This document shows, piece after piece, positions 60,854 through 64,000 of a stretch of 64,000 nucleotides of DNA. The stretch covers positions 121,830,001-121,894,000 of the forward strand of contig CM097885.1 in assembly GCA_044892525.1 (NCBI GenBank). The letters are read 5' to 3'. How positions within the stretch are numbered: the first letter of the stretch is position 1; each line of letters starts with the position of its first letter. A program made the position numbers and the translations under genes. The notes below the pieces were generated by a model, which was given only the letters and a program-made list of their open reading frames with translations, ran no database searches and had not been told where the DNA came from. The DNA is from Schmidtea polychroa. Taxonomy: Eukaryota.

Positions 60854-63800
60854 CAAACACCACTGAGATACATCTTCTATAGTAGTGGTTGGCGTGTTCA
60901 GCAATTGCTCACTCACCCATTTAATGAATTTCAATCACATGTATAAATTGCTCATAATAAAATTTATTTTAACCATTTTAGAAATGGCTTTCAGGTAAGA
61001 TGTTTAATTTAATTACGCATCGGAATAGTGTCTATTGTATGTTAGAAGAAAAAGGGATATTTATAGTGTATTATTAATAAAGAGGATATTTTAAATATAA
61101 TGAGTGATTGCGAAACCATTCATTTTGAAAATTCTAAAGCCTTTTGAATAAGCCACAAATCAAATTTTTGGTGAAAAATACACCACAGTTTCAATGTTAT
61201 ATTCCCGTGTTTCCCAACCTTTTTTATTCCATGCCCCACATAATCATGTATATAATTCTTACGACCCCTATGTGACATGTATCTTTCAATATTCCAAAAT
61301 GGAATTTTAATAAGAAAAATTATGCTTATTTAATACAGTAGGTGAGAACTAAATACATATCATTACAAGGCATATTTTTAATTCTAATAGTATATACATA
61401 TAGATATGTATATAGAAATATAGAATACATAAAAATGAATAGAAAACATGATGTAGGCATGTATTATATATGTATTATTACTTATTTATATAGTTTTTAA
61501 ATTGAAATGTTTTAAAAAAAAATTTAAATGAATAATAATAAATTTATATTGCTCATATTTCAACAACCCTTCAATTTCATTTGTACTTCTTTTGTATATA
61601 TTTTTGACTATAGTCCCCTTAATAATCAAATTACCTATGTTTGGATTGGGCCTTCGTTTGGAAAGCTGGATATATCACACGATCCACCAATTATTATTTA
61701 TCGCACATAATGAGCGAAAGTCAAACAATGAATCTCTACTATTTCATAATCTTTTAGATAATCTTATATTACAAGTAAATATTATAATAAAAAATATGAT
61801 GCAGCAAATTCTCTAAAGCAGTGATCCTCAAACTGCACAAACTCGCGGAACCGTTATGTGAATCAAATGTATTTATGTATAACAAATTAGCTCTTTTAAA
61901 TATAAGTTCAAATTTATTTAAAAATAATATTCAATATAACATTTATTTACGCAATAAAAACTTAAATAATAATGTAAAATGTAATAAAATAAAACAAATT
62001 AAACAAATTTAAAAAATTAATGATTATGTTAAGCACTCAATATAAATTTTAAAATGAATAAGAAAAATATTAACGCCATAATTATGACTGTGCTATAACT
62101 ATAATAAATAATAATAGTTAATTTTTTTTTCGTGGAACCTTAAGATTCCGCAGAACACAGTTTGGAGACCACTGGTCTATTGGATAAGTTTTGCTTTATG
62201 GGTCCAAGATTTAAAATTTTAGAATTCTTCACTGTTGATCAGAAATTCAATATACTTAAAGATATTCGAAGAGAGTTGTGTTTATCAGATATGGTTCAGA
62301 TTATAAATAATTTCTATAAGCCCAAGAAAGTTAAATCGACATTATGGAATGAAAAAGATTATGAGATAACGCCTGATGAAATGACAAAATGGCAAAACTT
62401 GCAGTAAAATATTTATCAATAGTGGGCACAAATTCAGATTCTGAAAGAGTTTTAATTTTAATAAATTAATTTATATAATTTTTTTCTTGACAAAAAATGA
62501 ATGAAAAAATAAAGGAAATTAAAAAACTGTTAATGTTGAAAAAGTTAATGTTTTTAATGAATATCTATCAAGTAAAGATATATTTATTATCATATGCATC
62601 AACACTAAAAAATAAAGTAAATTATAAAATTTTACTCGATAATCTTTTCACTTGAACCTCCTTGTCTATCATTCACCAACTCATCTTTGGTACTAATATT
62701 GCTAGCTTTTGAATTCATTATTAATCGTTTTCTTTCTTTTTTTCGACTCTAAATGAAAAAGATCATAATTCAGTATTCATTTTTCGTAAATTTTTACTTG
62801 CAAATAACCCCCATTTTCATCTAATAAATTTCGATCAGCCTGACCGACACCGAATCCAGAATTTCTGTCAATATCGCCAACTTTGGGAGATGGTTGTTGT
62901 ATTTGAAGTGTTTCCGATGTTGTAACTGAAGAACCTAGTCCAGCAGTGCTCATTTTTTCTCTTTGTTCTCGTTTATTTTGTTTGCCTTGAGGACTTGAAG
63001 TAACTGCTTGTTGAGGTATTTGTTGATTTTGAATGGAGGAAGTCATTGCATTTTTAATTTGTTCTTCATATTCTTGTTTCGTTGATCTTTCAAAGAAATA
63101 TTAAAAATAAAATAGTTTAAACTATTTATAGAAATTAAATTATTAAAAACGCAAGAATCTATGAAGCGTCACTTTTGAATACCTAAACCTCTCAAGTAAT
63201 TTGGAAGTTAAGACTGATTAATTTTTTTTTGCATTTAAGATACATATCATCAAAAACCTCAATTAATTTTTTTATAAGATGATTCAATAAGAAAGCCGTT
63301 ACACAGATATATAAACATACAAATATAAAAGTGTTTTTATTGCCTGTTATTGTTGCGCGTGGAATTTTCTTTGCTTATAGGGCATTTTTTACGTTTACCA
63401 CAGATTTATAGTAATTTGTGATTGTTCACTCATTGTGGGCAAGTATTTTTTGTCAGTGTTCCGCGTAAAAAAATTATGTGAATGGTGTTCCGCGCTTTTA
63501 TATTAATTGAGAACCACTGGTGTAAACACTTATTTATATGAATAAATTACCAGTTTCATTTAAAAGTTTATTTAAATATTAATCTATAATCAAAAATGAT
63601 CAATAGCGAAGAGAATGAATAATTTCTGGTGAATATATATAGAATAATTATAAGTTTATAAATCCATACCGAAATAAATTTCTGAATGCTTCATAAACTC
63701 CTTCGATTTGGCGTATATTAACAATCTAAATAATGATTACTAGACTGTTAAAAATCAAATTAAATATTTGTTACGTCTAATTCAGATATTTCACCTTCAA

Positions 63801-63879
63801 CATACTTTCGAACTTGTTCTCTAATATCGAATTTTTGTTGATCACTTAAAGGTTCATAGGCGATGTGCCCCCGATTTCT
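55863..63879 (-). CDS. Unidentified multi-exon host gene (3' part; extends beyond the window)
   Basis: Phase-compatible GT-AG exons at 63775-63879 (RNRGHIAYEPLSD...), 63670-63725, 62798-63086, 62636-62748, about 58675-58870, 56031-56224 and terminal 55863-55985 (KIFGEALFQAQPVRRNPG...stop). Some intervening exons could not be resolved, so it may be two genes. Confidence 0.55.
57250..58212 (+). mobile_element. Internally deleted pogo (POGK-like) transposon
   Basis: N-terminal HTH EFKLHVVEFAEINCN...NVNKKLVRD and DDE C-terminus GGLTSMLQPLDVCLNKPFKDRLR...AWKSISESMIKYSFLKC; ends match the MITE TIR CGACTTATACGCGAGTAT. Confidence 0.85.
60114..60310. repeat. Three diverged tandem repeats of about 60-80 bp
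   Basis: Unit TACA(C/T)AAAAT...AAAA...AAAGTATTTT..AGGTC repeated three times. Confidence 0.75.
60777..60852. repeat. (TA)n microsatellite
   Basis: Pure TA run. Confidence 0.99.
60990..62460 (+). mobile_element. Decayed Ac-like hAT transposase fragment interrupted by MITEs
   Basis: THRNSVYCMLE (TRWNS-like) near 61015 and dimerisation-domain AKLAVKYLSIVGTNSDSERV near 62390-62450. Confidence 0.6.
61819..62174. mobile_element. hAT (Buster/Charlie-type) MITE
   Basis: TIR CAGTGATCCTCAAACTG / CAGTTTGGAGACCACTG; degenerate 8-bp flanks CTCTAAAG / GTCTATTG. Confidence 0.75.
63250..63519. mobile_element. Left-truncated copy of the MITE at 8939-9252
   Basis: Near-identical internal sequence and right TIR TTGAGAACCACTG. 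Confidence 0.9.
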
Positions 63880-63906
63880 CTAAATTATTTAAATTTATTA
63901 TTATAG

Positions 63907-63991
63907 TATTTATTAAAAAACTTGACTATAGTATAGATATCAAAAACATCGATATATTTACTGATTCATAGTCAAGTTTTTTTAATAAATA
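63907..63991. repeat. Short foldback element related to 2692-2873
   Basis: About 23-bp inverted repeats (63907-63929 / 63968-63991); core ATATCAAAAACATCGATATATTTACTGATTCATAGTC resembles 2835-2871. Confidence 0.75.
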
Positions 63992-64000
63992 CAATATCAA

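Noticed and set aside
60731-60934. ORF with YIYIYI run
   Set aside because: Translation of a (TA)n microsatellite.
1-64000. CRISPR arrays, tRNA or rRNA genes, prokaryotic operons, and species identification
   Set aside because: No regularly spaced repeat-spacer array or RNA gene fold was seen; the sequence is spliced eukaryotic DNA. Intron size and AT content fit several invertebrate groups, so no species is claimed.

Overview
AT-rich invertebrate animal genomic DNA with 39-58 bp minimal introns; the species cannot be determined from the sequence. Positions 1515-38041 hold a 23-exon SYCP1 (synaptonemal complex transverse filament) gene, about 1235 aa when spliced by hand. Its five long introns are packed with nested hAT elements, plus pogo, Chapaev3-like, piggyBac and Gypsy remnants. 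Downstream (33.8-52.2 kb) is a cluster of related LTR retroelements primed by tRNA-Trp. The best preserved copy (39726-46146, 4-bp TSD CAGG) has no recognisable pol. It carries a 4.1-kb open frame: Gag zinc knuckles, two ubiquitin-like (UBL) domains separated by a helical spacer, an AT-hook, an internal signal peptide and a chuvirus-like class III envelope glycoprotein. A second, diverged copy on the minus strand keeps the Gag-UBL-helix-UBL layout. All five related LTRs share a U5 motif complementary to the tRNA-Trp anticodon arm. This UBL-bearing, enveloped LTR family is the strongest candidate for an undescribed system. The rest of the window holds an intronless truncated fatty acyl-CoA reductase copy, a small spliced HTH gene, an unidentified minus-strand multi-exon gene, several MITEs and a degenerate hammerhead ribozyme upstream of SYCP1. 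All calls are by eye; no database searches were run.
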